The notes under the pieces: generated by a model
What the model saw: the letters and a program-made list of their open reading frames with translations, nothing else
Told to the model about the DNA's origin: nothing
Databases searched by the model: none
Translations under genes and position numbers: made by a program
Shown here: positions 36,395 to 50,879 of the stretch, piece by piece
Position numbering within the stretch: position 1 is the stretch's first letter
Layout of the letters: every line of letters begins with the position of its first letter
From: Octopus vulgaris
Taxonomy: Eukaryota
DNA: 64,000 nucleotides
Assembly: GCA_951406725.2 (NCBI GenBank)
Contig: OX597825.1
Location: 68,324,001-68,388,000 of the forward strand
Reading direction: 5' to 3'

Positions 36395-36548
36395 CAATGG
36401 GATCGGAAGAGTCAGTGATGATGACATCGAATTCATTTTTATGATTCTCCATAAATTTAAACCCATCACCATAATGAATCTTGCATTTCGGACTAGAAAA
36501 ACCACAAGCCAGTTGTGGTAAATACTTCTGTGATAATTCAATTACTTT
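36395..36548 (-). CDS. SRM: spermidine synthase coding exon 4 (catalytic DSSDP motif)
   Basis: 154 nt; [51 protein letters not shown]. Confidence 0.97.
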
Positions 36549-36784
36549 CTGTAGGGAGAGAAAGACAAAAGAAAAAAACTTAGAGAGAGAGAGAGAATGG
36601 GAGTGAGAATCAAAGAGTTAGAATATAACAGAACCTAAGAGAAACAGGGAGAGTTAGAAAGACAGAAAGGAAGATGTTAATGAATTCATGCATACATATA
36701 CACAAAGTGTTTGTGTGTGTGTGTATACATACACACACACATGTATAGGCCCAGAGTGTACTGGGTGCTTTTACGTGACTGTAA

Positions 36785-37190
36785 TACATCACCAGCACAG
36801 GTAGATACCTTTTGTGTGTCACTGGTACGGGTGCTTCTTGCATGTCACCAGCAAAAGTGCCTTTGTATGTCACACATGGGTACCTCTTGCATGTCACCTG
36901 CACAGGTGCCTCATGTCTGTCACCGGCACAGGTGTGTTTTGTATGACACCGACACAGGTGTGTGTTGCATGTCACCAGCACAGGTGGCTCTTGTATGTCA
37001 CCTGCACAGGTGGCTCTTGTATGTCACCTGCACAGGTGTGTTTTGCATGTCACCGACACAGGTGCGTTTTGCATGTCAGCAACACAGGTGTGTTTTGCAT
37101 GTCAGCAACACAGGTGTGTGTGCATTTTGCATGTCATCGACACAGGTGCGTTTTGCATGTCACCGACACAGGTGCGTTTTGCATGTCATT
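36785..37190. repeat. degenerate tandem array of ~23-26-bp units (CACAGGTG..TTGCATGTCA)
   Basis: roughly 16 units, resembling an internal motif of repeat family C. Confidence 0.85.
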
Positions 37191-37419
37191 GATCATTACA
37201 AAGCTATATTAGAAGACCCTTGGCTAAGACTGTACAGTGGGACTGAACCTGAAACTGTGGTTGCTAATCAAATTTCTGAATCATACAGTCCTGAGTATCA
37301 TCTCTTTGTTTGATTTTTCTTTTGTTCCATTCTACCAAATCAACCAACTAAAAAACACACCTTGCAACAATTTGAAAAGAGACTTCTATGTGCTTTTAAC
37401 CCTTTAGTACAAAGGACGA

Positions 37420-37708
37420 CACCCATGACGGACTCATCTGGAAGGCAATAGCACCAGATCTTCACCCAGGTTGGTGTATGCAGAGAGGCAGTCAGCTGAA
37501 GACATGGCTCACAACAGTCAAAGCAGATGTGAAGCTCATTCCTGGCCCTCAAGTATTTGGCGTTCATCGCTGGAACCAGGAATGGCTTTAACACGCTGCA
37601 GAATTCACTGCTGACAGACATGCACAACCACTTTGGCCCATGACATGGTGAACTCAATAGGAACCAGCTTAACCCCACCAAGGTGACTGCTGTTACAAGA
37701 CAAGACAG
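37420..37708 (+). mobile_element. LINE (RTE-like) 3' fragment
   Basis: RGSQLKTWLTTVKAD-like peptide and ACAAG tail repeats. Confidence 0.5.
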
Positions 37709-37732
37709 GCAGTACCTTAACCCTTCAGATTA

Positions 37733-37963
37733 GGCGGCGAGCTGGCAGAAACGTTAGCACGTCGGGCGAAATGCTTAGCAGTATTTCGTCTGCCGTTATG
37801 TTCTGAGTTCAAATTCTGCCGAGGTCGACTTTGCCTTTCATCCTTTCGGGGTCGATAAATTAAGTACCAGTTACACACTGGTGTCAATGTAATCGACTTA
37901 ATCCCTTTGTCTGTCCTTGTTTGTCCCCTCTATGTTTAGCCCCTTGTGGACAATAAAGAAATA
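37733..37963 (+). mobile_element. SINE family B inside a TTAA MITE (37721-38127)
   Basis: full-length consensus copy. Confidence 0.85.
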
Positions 37964-38122
37964 AAATTACTCTGTCAAGTGTAACACTTATTTATCTGCA
38001 ATTGCTTTGGATTAACCATGCATTATCCTATATCTTTGAGATTTCAATGATGTGATCGTTTATTTTTAGAATTACATTGTAGAGTAGGTGGGAGAGGCCA
38101 GATATGGTAAGATTAAATTCTA

Positions 38123-38302
<180 letters not shown>

Positions 38303-38929
38303 TTATTAATAAAATAGTTTTAAAGAGACAGGTACAAGTACTCAACGACGGTTACAATTTGCATGACATTGCTAGAGAGGTAAGCAGGAAGTTATACAAT
38401 AAACAATAAACGTTGCCCTTTTCAAGCCTAGCCAGGCTCATGGGCCCGGTTTCCCGGTTTCTGTGGCGTATGTGTTCCCCCCAGCTGGATGGGATGCCAG
38501 TCCATCGCAGTGTTACTCAAGAAACAGGAAGAGAGAGTGAGAGAAAGTTGTGGCGAAAGAATACAACAGGGGTTACCACCATCCCCTGCAGGAGCCTCGT
38601 GGAGCTTTTAGGTATTTTCGCTCAATAAACACACACAATGCCTGATCTGGGAATCGAAACTGCGATCCTCCGACCGTGAGTCCGCTGCCCTACCCAGTGG
38701 GCCATTGTGCCTCCAGGAAGTTATACACAAGCTGCTAATGTGGGTACCAACTTACAGGGGACAGAATAGAGGAAGAGCTGCTCAATTATTTATTGATACA
38801 AACCTCAGTAAGGAGCAGTTGCCATAAGCAATGGAGAATGTTCATGAATTGTGGAGAGACTTTATCAGGAATGTTCAAACATGATTACGATGATTTGATT
38901 AGATTTGAAATGAACTTGGCCATTAGCAA

Positions 38930-40505
38930 ATGGCCAAGTTAATAAAGTCCCCAGTGTGGAAGCAAGGCTTGGAATATAAGGGCCTTAGAGCTAATTTAGC
39001 GAAAAAAGCCAAACTCCTAGTAAGTAGGAAAACAGACAAATCACAAGTCCCTTCTGGGAGATGGCCCAGCTCAATATGTAAGAAGGGTGTTGGTAGAAGC
39101 TCCATACATTATACCCAGTGCAAGTTTTGAACATGTAAGAGGTGTAGAGGTATCACAGGAAGGTTGGTGGAGAATATAGTCTTTGTGTGTGGCAGATGTG
39201 CATGTACAATAAGCACTAAAAATGCACAGGCGTAGGAGTGACTGTGTGGTAAGTAGCTTGCTTACGAACCACATGGTTCTGGATTCAGTCCCACTGCGTG
39301 GCACCTTGGGCAAGTGTCTTCTGCTATAGCCTTGGGCCAACCAAAGCCTTGTGAGTGGATTTGGTAGACAGAAACTGAAAGAAGCCCATCATATATATAT
39401 ATATATGGACGTGTGTATATATGTTTGTGTGTCTGTGTTAGTCGCCCCAACATCACTTGACAACCGATGCTGGTGTGTTTATGTCCCCCTAACCTAGCGG
39501 TTCTGCAAAAAGAGACCGATAGAATAAGTACTAGGCTTACAAAGAATAAGTCCTGGGGTCGATTTGCTCGACTAAAGCCGGTGCCCCAGCATGGCCACAA
39601 TCAAATGACTGAAACAAGTAATAGAGTAAATGAGTAATGAGAGACAATAGACTCCCTCAAATACTCGGGGGTCGGGGGTCATTAGCAGTAGTAGATAGCT
39701 TTTGTTACCTAGGAGACCAAGTAAGTAGTGGTGGAGAAAATTCTGAAAGTGTAGTTGCTAGAATAAGAACAGGCTGACCAAAGTTCAGAGAGCTTCTACC
39801 TTTGTTAGTAACTAAGGACCTCTCCTTCAGAGTGAAAGACAGATTGTATGATGCCTGTGTATGTACAGCTATCTTACATGGGTGTGAGACATGGGCTTTG
39901 AGTAAAGAGGATTTGTGAAAGCTTGAAAAAAATGAAGCCAGCATGCTCTGCTAGATGGGTAATGTCAGTGTGCATGTAGGACTGAGTGCATATGATTTAA
40001 GAGGAAAACTGGGCATAAGAGGCATCAGATGTTGTGTGCAAGAGAGAAGACTGTGCTGGTTTGGTCATGTGATGTGTATGAATGAGGACAGCTGTGTAAA
40101 GAGGTGCCGAGCTCTAATTGTGGAGGGTACCTGTGGAAGGGGTAGACCCAGGAAGATGTGGGACGAAGTGGTGAGAAGGGATCTTTAAGAGCTGGGCCTC
40201 ACTGAGGAAATGACAAGCGACTGAGAGATGTGGTTTGCTGCACTTGATAAGATATGTAAACCTAAGTAAAATTGTTGTCTTCCACACATACAGGCTTGTC
40301 CTTTCAGGCGCTGATGCCACTTAAGAAGCACTGTGCCAATGCTGCGTAAACTACCTATGCCAATGGTACTTAAAAAGCACCCAACACACTTTGTTAAGTG
40401 GTTGGCATTAGGAAGGGGATCCAGCTGTAGAAACCATGCCACAACAGACAATTGGAGTTTGGCCAGCTCCATGTCAAACTGTCCAACCCAACATGGAAAG
40501 CAAGT
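38930..40505 (+). mobile_element. decayed RTE-clade LINE 3' part (interrupted by SINE A)
   Basis: KGLRANLAK..VDSFCYLGDQVSSGG..RRLCWFGHV..GRGRPRKMWDEV. Confidence 0.85.
39228..39640 (+). mobile_element. SINE family A inserted in RTE remnant
   Basis: interrupts RT-coding remnant. Confidence 0.88.
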
Positions 40506-41615
40506 GTTATTCTCCAGCATGACAATGCTGGAGAATAACGCCTTTTCTGTTTACCAAACTTGGCCACTTTTGATGTAAATTTTCATTCACTCGACCAACT
40601 TGTTGGTAATAGACATCTGCATTGATGGTCCTTCCACATTCCAGCAGCTCATAATGGATGATACCTTTCATGTTCCACCAAACACAGAGCAAGGATTTTT
40701 TTTTGGATGGAGTAGTTCTGGTTTTGGTGTAAGCTCTGGCCTCTCATTATGTGATAACCATTGTCTTTTTTGTTTTCTGTTGTGACGCAAAGCCCATTTT
40801 TCATCACCTGTAACAATTCACTGCAGAAATGACAGATTCTTATTCCTGGTTAGAAGGCTGCTGCAGATGGTAGAACATTGTGTTTGGTTCTCAAGCTTAA
40901 CCTTTTTGTTACCAACCCGGCTGAAACCGGCTCTGGCTCTTTCGTACAAATGTCTTGTTTACGTAAGTTTTGAATTAAAATCTTCCACCAAACCTTTGTC
41001 ACAATTTATGTTCCTAATACAAGCTGAATGATAACTAGGTTATTCTACTAAATTCTTTGTTATATTTAAAGTAATTGAAAGAAACACAGAGCATCTCAAA
41101 ATAAATACAGTAATGAAAGGGTTAAGCTAGTGTGGAAACCAAATTCCTTTTTTGCATACTTTTCCAATTTGCCTGAGATGTTCACAAATAGTTGAACATG
41201 GTGTTTTGACGTGGAAGCAGTACAATAAATAGTTCATTCAAAAGGTCACCATTCAGAGTGGGTTATCTTCCAGAGCAAGGCTTGTCAGATATGTCATAAT
41301 TGCCATCTTTAAACCTTTTAAACTGTAGCTGGCATGTTCGAGTTTTTAATGTAACCGGATACACTTCACAAATACTTTCAACTGCTTCTGTAGCAGTACT
41401 TTCCTTTCAAAACTCATACTGTAAGCAATGGCGAATATGTTGTTTCCATAAAGTTCTTACCAAAATAACTATGAATGACACACTGCCAGATAGAAGAGAT
41501 GATATACTATTTCTAGACAGTTCCTGCCTAGTAGACCTCGGCTCTCACATGATTGATTCATTAATTTTTTTCATAGTGGTGAAAAAAAAACACAATTACT
41601 TTCTGAACATCCTAA
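40505..41615 (-). mobile_element. decayed mariner (Tc1/mariner) transposon, 5' part
   Basis: IVTGDEKW..CVWWNMKGIIHYELL..NRKGVILQH; TIR-like TTAGGATGTTCAGAAAGTAATTG next to TA at 41616. Confidence 0.85.
40901..41121. mobile_element. piggyBac-like MITE (TTAA flanks, CCCTTT..AAAGGG ends)
   Basis: same family at 21530-21735, 41854-42562, 56782-57436; related end structure at 11867-12082. Confidence 0.85.
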
Positions 41616-41872
41616 TATTTGCATTGTTTGGAATTAATCAAGCATTATCTTGTAGCTTTGAGATTTCAATGATGCGATTGCTTATTCTTACAATGACATT
41701 GTTTCAAATTAATCATGTACTGTCTCATAGCTTCAAGATTTCAATATAGTAATTTAAAAAATTTTTTAGAATGATATTACTGGAAAAAGCTGGATTCGGT
41801 CAGTTTAAACATAAAAAAAGGTGAAATATTTTGGCTGCATATGATTGGTTTAACCCTTTCGTTACCGTATTT

Positions 41873-42353
41873 ATAATAATAATAATAATGAAATTATTGT
41901 ATACAGTGCTCAGGTGCACCGCAACTTGTCAGAAAGTGCGTATAAAGCATATGCAGTAATGTACAAATGCCTGGGAAGTGAACAGTGTATGAGTCAGATA
42001 CATGCTTGCGTGTGTATGGAGGGGAGAAAATCAGGTGTAGTGTTGGCGAATCTCAGGAAGCATGGAAGTTTTGAAGGAAGCAGTGCTCCGACAACTAACA
42101 ACTGATGCCAGCAGTTTGTTCCATGCTTCAGCAACTCTTAGCGTGAAAAAATGTTTCTGAAAGTCATGGGAGCTGTGCTGTTTTCTGACTTTGTAAACAT
42201 GTCCACAGGTGTTAGACAGGTGGAGTTTGAAAAGGTGGTCAGAGTTGTTGTTTGTAAGATGGTTAATAATTTTATGGGTGCTTGCCAAGTCAGCTGCCAG
42301 ACGTTGGAGTTTCAATGTATCCATGCCCAGGGAAGTAAGGCGCTCAGAATATT
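41873..42353 (-). mobile_element. CR1-group LINE 3' fragment inside TTAA MITE
   Basis: TLKLQRLAADL..GHVYKV..FFTLRVAEAWNKL; (ATT)n tail. Confidence 0.8.
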
Positions 42354-43670
42354 GGGCTTTGTTTTTGAGATGCTCTGTTTCTTTCGATTAATTTTAAATA
42401 TAACAAAGAATTTAGTAAAATAATTTAGTTATCATTAAGCTAGGGTTAAGAGCATAAATCATGACTAAAGTTTGGTGGAAGATTTTAATTCAAAACTTAT
42501 GAAAACAAAACATTTGTACTACAGAGCCAGAGGTAGTTTCAGCCGGGTTGGTATCAAAAGGGTTAAATGCTAAAGGATTAGCATTCAAACCAGCTTAAAC
42601 CTGAATAGGATTGGCTTTGCAAGAGCCCTGTGCTGGTGCCACATAAAAAGTGCCCAGCACACTCTGTAAAGTGGTTGGTGCTAGGAAGGGGCATTCAGCT
42701 GGAGAAACCAGGCAAAGATTAAAACCTGGTGCAGCTCTCCTGCTTGCCAGCTCTGGTCAAATCAACCCATGCCAGCATGGACAATGGACATTAATTAATG
42801 ATGATGATTACTCTGTCAAATGTAATGCATATTTATTCACCTTGTTTTGAATTAAAAGGGTAAAAAAGTCCCAGGGTCGATTTGCTCAACTAAAGGTGGT
42901 GCTCCAGCATGGCCACAGTCAAATGACTGAAACAAGTAAAAGAGTAATATTTAAAACTTGAAAAGACTCGCCAAGCTAAGTAAAAGTGTGGCTGCCCTTG
43001 TATACAGGCTTGACCCTTGCAACCCCCTCCAGCTGAGCATCCCTAATCTAGCGGGCTTGTAGGTGCTGGTGCCATGTAAAAAGCACCCATAATGCTGCAC
43101 TCAGAGTGGTTGGCGTTAGGAAGGGCATCCAGCTGTAGAAACACAGCCAGATCAGACCGGAGCCTGGTGCAGCCTCCTGGCTTTCCAGACCCCAGTCGAA
43201 CCGTCCAACCCATGCTAGCATGGAAAGCAGACGTTAAACGATGACGATGATGATGAATGCGGCTATATAAAAGCACCCAGCACACTCTGTAGAGTGGTTG
43301 GTGTTAGGAAGGGCGTCCAGCCATAGAAATCAATCCAAAAGAGACATGAGGTTCAAACAGCCCTTCAGCTCCTGTCAAACCCATGCCATTTTGGAAAAAG
43401 GACATTAAATGATGATGATGATGACTAAAATGAAATAAGATGAAATATAGTAAAATAAGAAAATAAAGTAATTAGCCATCTGTTTGTTTACCAAAATGTG
43501 TGTGTGTGTGTGCCTTTGTGTTAGTCTCTCCACCACTTGACAACCAGTATTGGTTTGTTTACATCCCCATAACTTAGCAATTTGTCTGAAGAGACCAATA
43601 GACTAAGTTCTAAACTTAAAAAAGAAAAAAAAAACTACTGGTGTTGTTTTGTTCAGCTAAATTATTTTTA

Positions 43671-44033
<363 letters not shown>

Positions 44034-44107
44034 CTACGCACCCCCGGATCTTATATATGAAACAGGAAATCAAATAGTAAATAATAGCAGGGAATAGAGA
44101 AGTAATG

Positions 44108-45088
44108 AGATAGACAGATACAGAGATAGAGAAATGACAGGAGATAGAAGGATAGACAGATACAGAGATAGATAGACACAGAGATAGAGAAATGACAGGA
44201 GATAGAAGGATAGACAGATACAGAGATAGAGAAATGACAGGAGATAGAAGGATAGACAGATACAGAGATAGAGAAATAAAAGGAGATAGAATGATAGACA
44301 GATACAGAGATAGAGAAATGACAGGAGATAGAAGGATAGACAGATACAGAGATAGAAGGATAGACAGATACAGAGATAGAGAAATGACAGGAGATAGAAG
44401 GATAGACAGATACAGAGATAGAGAAATGACAGGAGATAGAAGGATAGACAGATACAGAGATAGAGAAATGACAGGAGATAGAAGGATAGACAGATACAGA
44501 GATAGAGAAATGACAGGAGATAGAAGGATAGACAGATACAGAGATAGAAGGATAGACAGATACAGAGATAGAGAAATGACAGGAGATAGAAGGATAGACA
44601 GATACAGAGATAGAGAAATGACAGGAGATAGAAGGATAGACAGATACAGAGATAGAAGGATAGACAGATACAGAGATAGAGAAATGACAGGAGATAGAAG
44701 GATAGACAGATACAGAGATAGAGAAATGACAGGAGATAGAAGGATAGACAGATACAGAGATAGAGAAATGACAGGAGATAGAAGGATAGACAGATACAGA
44801 GATAGAGAAATGACAGGAGATAGAATGATAGACAGATACAGAGATAGAAGGATAGACAGATACAGAGATAGAGAAATGACAGGAGATAGAAGGATAGACA
44901 GATACAGAGATAGAGAAATGACAGGAGATAGAATGATAGACAGATACAGAGATAGAAGGATAGACAGATACAGAGATAGAGAAATGACAGGAGATAGAAG
45001 GATAGACAGATACAGAGATAGAGAAATGACAGGAGATAAAAGGATAGACAGATACAGAGATAGAGAAATGACAAGAGATAGAAGGATA
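44108..45088. repeat. purine-rich minisatellite of 42-bp and 24-bp units with 300-bp higher-order period
   Basis: unit GATAGACAGATACAGAGATAGAGAAATGACAGGAGATAGAAG; 60-mers at 44341, 44641 and 44941 identical. Confidence 0.95.
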
Positions 45089-45641
45089 AAGGAAACTATA
45101 TTGAATGACACTAAGTGGTATTATTAATGGAACCAAATACACACCCAAACAAAAAATTCACTTATACAGCAGAAAACTGAACACAAAACATTAGAGTATT
45201 GAAAACTGATAAAATATTTATAAGTCAGTGGAGAAAAAGGAGTGACTTAATTTGTGCAAATGGTGTGTGAGGTTTGTTCCTTCCTACATCTATTTTCCCA
45301 TGCTAGCATGATTAGATAAAAAATTTTTTTTTTTAAACAGCTTTTCCTGTCATTAACCTTTATCTGCTTTTCAAAAATAAGGGATATCTTATTCACATGT
45401 TGACAAAAGCACAAAGCCAGCAACCAATGACTGGCTTGGCAGTATCATCATAAACTGCTACAAAGGCAACCGAGGAATCAAATGACTAGATCAGGTTAGG
45501 AAGGTCAGAGAGAGAGAGAGAGTCATAGCACAATTGATCCCATAACAGAGTAGACCTAGATAAGCTGGAGGTTGGCTTCATGTCCAGAAGAGATCCCACA
45601 GATACAATCTTCCTTGTGCGGCAAGTGCTGGAGAAATATTT

Positions 45642-45951
45642 GTTGTTGTTGTTTGTTCCTTCTCGAGCCACGCCTGGCTCATAAGGGCCGGTTTCCTGGT
45701 TTCTTGGCATATAGGTTCCCCACCTGGAAGGAACACCAGTCCGTCGCAGGTGAGCTGCAAGATGCAGGAGGAAAGAGTGAGAGAAAGTTGTGGCGAAAGA
45801 GTCAGCAGAAGTTTCGCCATTACCTTCTGCCGGAGCCGCGTGGAGCTTAGGTGTTTCGCTCATAAACACACACATCATCCGATCTGAGATTCGAACCCGC
45901 GATCCCTCGACCGCGAGTCCGCTGCTCTAACCACTAGGCCATGTGCCTCCA
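45642..45951 (-). mobile_element. tRNA-derived SINE family D (V-domain-like core)
   Basis: A box TGGCCTAGTGG, B box GGTTCGAATC; TSD TGGAGAAATATTT; related copies 38410-38715(-), 46545-46794(-). Confidence 0.88.
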
Positions 45952-46854
45952 TGGAGAAATATTTAGACAAGAGTAAACTACTATTCTTGGCATTCATTCA
46001 CTTGAAGGCATTTGACAGGGTACCATATTCAGTAATTTGGTGGTTGCTAAGGAAACTAGGTACGGATGAATGGCTTGTCAGGGCTGTACAAACTATGTAC
46101 AAAGATGCAGTAAGAAAAGTGGAAGTCAACAATGATTTCAGTGATGAATTTAATGTAAGATTAAGAGTCTATCAAGTTTTAGTTCTCATCCCTAGTCATC
46201 ACAGCCCTACAAGCCATCACAGACGCGTTTAACCCTTTAAACTGGCCATATCCTGCCTAATATGTTTGAATCAACCAGATCTGGCCCCTTATCCAACTAT
46301 GTCATTCTAAAATTATACAATTATATCATTGAAATCCCAAAGCAACATGGTAATGCAAGATTAATTCAAAATAGTTTGAATAAATAAGCATTACATTTAA
46401 CAGAGTATTGTGAATGCTAAAGAGTTAAGACTGGCTGTCCATGGGAACTCCTACATTCTGATGATCTAATTCTCATGGCTGAATCTATAGAGGAATTAGA
46501 GAATATGTTTCAAACACGGAAGCTAAACCTAGAACTGAGAGAAAAACGATAAACAGCACCTTTTTCTAGCCTAGCAAGGCTCATAGACGCCAGTCCATCG
46601 CAGCATTACTCAAGAGACAGGAAGAGAGAGTGAGAGAAAGTTGTAGAAAAAGAGTACAACCCCCTGCCGGAGCCTCATGGGGCTTTTAAGTGTTTTCGCT
46701 CAATAAACACACACAATGCCCGGTCTGGGAATTGAAACCGCGATCCTCCGACCACGAGTCTGCTGTCCTAACCACTGGGCCACTGCGCCTCCACAGAACT
46801 GAGAGACCTCAAGATAAACTTAGCAAAGACTAAGGTTTTAGTAAACAGAAAAGA

Positions 46855-47263
46855 TAGGACAAACAAGGACAGACACACGGATTAAGTTGATTATATTGAC
46901 CCCAGTGTGTAACTGGTACTTATTTAATCGACCCCAAAAGGATGAAAGGCAAAGTTGACCTCAGCAGAATTTGAACTCAGAACGTAGCGGCGGACGAAAT
47001 ACCTATTTCTTTTCTACCCACAAGGGGCTAAACACAGAGGGGGACAAACAAGGACAGACACACGGATTAAGTTGATATTTGACCCCAGTGCATAACTGGT
47101 ACTTAATTTATCGACCCTGAAAGGATGAAAGGCAAAGTCGACCTTGGCGGAATTTGAACTCAGACCGTAAAGACAGACGAAATACCGCTAGACATTTCGC
47201 CTGGCGTGCTAACGTTTCTGCCAGCTTGCCACCTTTCTCAGAACGTAGCGGCAGACGAAATAC
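46855..47263 (-). mobile_element. SINE family B nested dimer inside RTE remnant
   Basis: 27-bp TSD 46976-47002/47237-47263. Confidence 0.85.
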
Positions 47264-47639
47264 AATAGAACCCTAATACCTTCAGGAAAATGGCCTTGCT
47301 TGATATGCAGCAAAGGGGTAGGTATAAAATTTATATGCTGTACCTAATGTAATCTACAGACACACAAAACATGCAGTGGAATCACAGAAAATAAGCTTCG
47401 TATGTGACATCTGCACTGGAGTAGTATATAATATGAGCATACAAAAATAGAATTCTTTAAATGCCTGGATGGCTCACTTGAAATAGTCGATAGCTTTTGT
47501 TACCAGGATGTAATTAGCAAGGGAGATGGCTGCTCTGAAACACACACATATGTGTATATAGTAAAGTTAAGTTTCTTCCAGAGTCATATACTCACAGGAC
47601 CAGTTTCTTGGCTTCCACGGTGTATATACATTCCCCTGT

Positions 47640-47945
47640 GGAGGCACATGGCCTAGTGGTTAGAGCAGCAGACTCGCGGTCGAGGGATCGCCGGTTCGAA
47701 TCTCAGACCAGGCGATGTGTGTGTTTATGAGCAAAACACCTAAGCTCCACGCGGCTCCGGCAGAAGGTAATGGCAAACTTCTGCTGACTCTTTCGCCACA
47801 ACTTTCTCTCACTCTTTCCTCCTGCATCTTGCAGCTCACCTGCGACAGACCAGCGTCCCATCCAGGTGGGGAACCTATACGCCAAGGAACCGGGAAACCG
47901 GCCCTTATGAGCCAGGCATGGCTCGAGATGGAACAAACAAAAAAC
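47640..47945 (+). mobile_element. tRNA-derived SINE family D
   Basis: near-identical to 45642-45951 in opposite orientation. Confidence 0.88.
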
Positions 47946-50879
47946 ATATATATTCCCCACCTGGATGGGATGCCAGTCCCTCGCAGGATTTACTCATTTT
48001 TGCCAGCTGACTGGACTGGATCAACATGAAATGAAGTGTTTTGCTCAAGAACACAACACAATGCCTGGTCCAGGAATCAAAAGTACAATCTTATGATCAT
48101 GGGCCCAACACCCTAACCACAAAACCACATACCTCCACACACACACATACAAATTTGAAGGGTCTCTTTTGCCAAACAGCTAAGTTACAGGGACATAAGT
48201 ACACCAGCATCAGTTGTTAAGCGATGTTGGAGGGACAAACACACATACATATATATATATACACATATATACGATGGGCTTCTTTCAGTTTCCATCTACT
48301 AAATCCACTTACAAGACTTTGGTCAGCTTAGGGCTATAGTAGAAGACACTACCAAAGTACCATGCAGTAAGTTGATTTGATAGACAGAAACTGAAAGAAG
48401 CCTGTTGGAGGCTTATTAGAAGTAGAGGATAATTTCTGTTAGCTAGGAGACCAAAGTAGTGGTGGTGGTGGGAGATGTACAGAGATTGTAATAGCTAGAA
48501 TAAGAATAGGGTGGATTAAATTGAGAGCTTGTAGCTCTGTTGACAACCAAGGCTTCTCTTTCTGAGTGAAAGTAAGACTGTATGATGCATGTTTCATCAT
48601 TGTTTAATGTCCGTTTTCCGTGCTAGCACGGGTTGGACGGGTCAGCCGAGGTCTGGGAAGCCAGGAGGCTGCACCAGGCTTCAATCTTGATCTGGCAGTG
48701 TTTCTACAGTTGGATGCCCTTCCTAACGCCAACCACTCCGAGAGAGTAGTGGGTGCTTTTTACGTGCCACCGGCACAGGAGCCAGTCAGGCAGGCCTGGC
48801 ATCAATCACGTTTGGATAGTGCTTTTTACATGCCACCAGGACAGGAGGCAGTCAGGGGGCACTGGCATTGGCCACGTTCAGATGATGCTTTTAACGCGCT
48901 ACCGGCACAGGAGCCAGACGGATGGCCCTGACATCGATCACGTTCGGATGGTGCTTTTTGTGCCACCAGCACGGGAGCCAGTTAGGGGGGCACTGGCATC
49001 GGCCACATATATAATATATAACAATCATGTGTGTGCTCGTATGTACTCTTATCTTGGCATCATGTGATCGTTGTAAATGAGCATCACCGTCATTCAGGCA
49101 AGTAATGTTGTTCGTTTCAGTCCCTTCCAGTCGTCTATGAAAAACATGTGCGGCTATGGGAAATATCATCTTGCTTGGAAACAGGTGAGACTGGGCAACA
49201 AGAACGGATCCAGCCGTAGAAAACCTGCCCCGACAAATTTCCATCTGGCACGAGCAGGCATGGAAAACCAGACGTTAAATGAATGGATATTGTATAACGT
49301 ATTTATTCCGCTTTCACATACATGTAAATAAATATGAACATTCCTACACATACTGTAATTGTCATTTCGTGACACGTTATATATTCAATTTATGGACCTT
49401 GTGGCAAATAAATGGAAGAATTATTACTTTTATAATTCATATCTGGTCAGCAGAAATGGTAAAGCGCTGGAATGGAAACGTTGCGCTATTTAGTTACATC
49501 CCTTTACATTCTAAATTCCAATTCCCTCCTAGATCTAGATCGACTAATGCATCCACCCTTCTACAGTCGAGATAATAAGTCCCAAACAAATATTACTGTC
49601 CTACCTTATGAACATTTTTCAGTATTACAAATAAACCTTTTATTAATGACCTTCAAATACATGTGTATTTTCCCAGTTGATCGACTGTTACTTATTATGT
49701 ACACGTGTAAAGAAAATGGAATGCATAAAATAGGATGGTCGATGTAGTTTAAAAAGTTCTGAGAAACGAATCTATACGGTTTCTTTGATCCTCTGAAAGC
49801 TAAGCGCCACCCCATACTGACTATCATTACAAAATATATCTTTAAAATGGATTATCTAAGAGAAAAATCATTTCCCTTAGGATATGTAGTTGAACAATAG
49901 ACAGTTGTAATATGATCGATACGAAAAAAGAATTAAAATCCTGATTCCACAGGTATTTTCAAAAATCTTCAACTGGAGTAAAGTGCCTGGTAGGCTTATT
50001 GGACTTCCAAAATGAACTTTCTTCCAGCTGTTCTGGGCTCAAATCCTGCCGTGGTTAACTGGGTCTTTCGATCTTCCGGGGTCAAAATTAAGTACAAGTT
50101 AATAATATCGACTAACCCCCTCGCCCAAAAATTGCTGTTCTTGTGTCTAAATTTGAAACCATTATCATTATTAAAACATAGATAATAAAAAGAATGAAAA
50201 GTGAGAATTATAGCAGTTTTTTTTTTTTTTGTAATTAAAAAGCTATGTATGAAATGTAACAGCCAGTCAATAACATTATTATTGATTAGATACATGATCA
50301 ATTGAGTATGGAAAGACTCGACTAAGGCGACCGAACATTTTATCAGCCCTCTTCCATACAGGAATGAAAGGAGGACCCAAATGAGATTTGATCTCAGAAC
50401 GGTGTGTGTGTGTGCGGTAGAGAGATTGTGTAGAGAGAGTGAGAGAGAGAGACTCCATGCATTAAATCAATTACAACTAAATGGAGGGACATTATAACAA
50501 AAAGAGAAGAAAAAAAAGGAATATTTTAACATTTAATTATTCTTGTATCTAAAAACTAAAAAGAAAAAAATCAAGATAGAAGGAATTTTTGAAAAAAGAG
50601 CGGGGTACGCAACAGACACATTCCACCAACATTACATAATTAAATTTTGCCGAATTCACAACCGGGCTGTAGAAAGCATGATGTTGGTTTATATCTATAA
50701 ATGGAATTATATTTAAGAGGAAAAAAATAATAAAGGAAGAAACGAAATAACTGTTTTCGAGTCGTAGGACTGCACCGGAATGTGTCTTCTCCGAAAGTCC
50801 CCTAAAATATTAATATCGGCGAAACAAGAGCTAGGACAGAGGATAAAGATTTTAACGAAGGAAGAACCGAAACACTTAC

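Larger units (their letters stand above)
45540..48592 (+). mobile_element. decayed RTE-clade RT remnant broken by several later insertions
   Basis: DTIFLVRQVLEKY..KAFDRVP (45.6-46.0 kb), CPWELLHSDDL (degenerate YADD, ~46.44 kb), VDSFCY. Confidence 0.8.

Noticed and set aside
36711-37313. Cys/His-rich ORFs and CRISPR-like periodicity
   Set aside because: Tandem units without unique spacers, no cas genes, eukaryotic intron; derived from a repeat motif.
47640-47712. tRNA-like sequence with A and B boxes (also the heads of families A and E)
   Set aside because: Continues into multi-copy SINE bodies with tails and TSDs; no proper acceptor stem.
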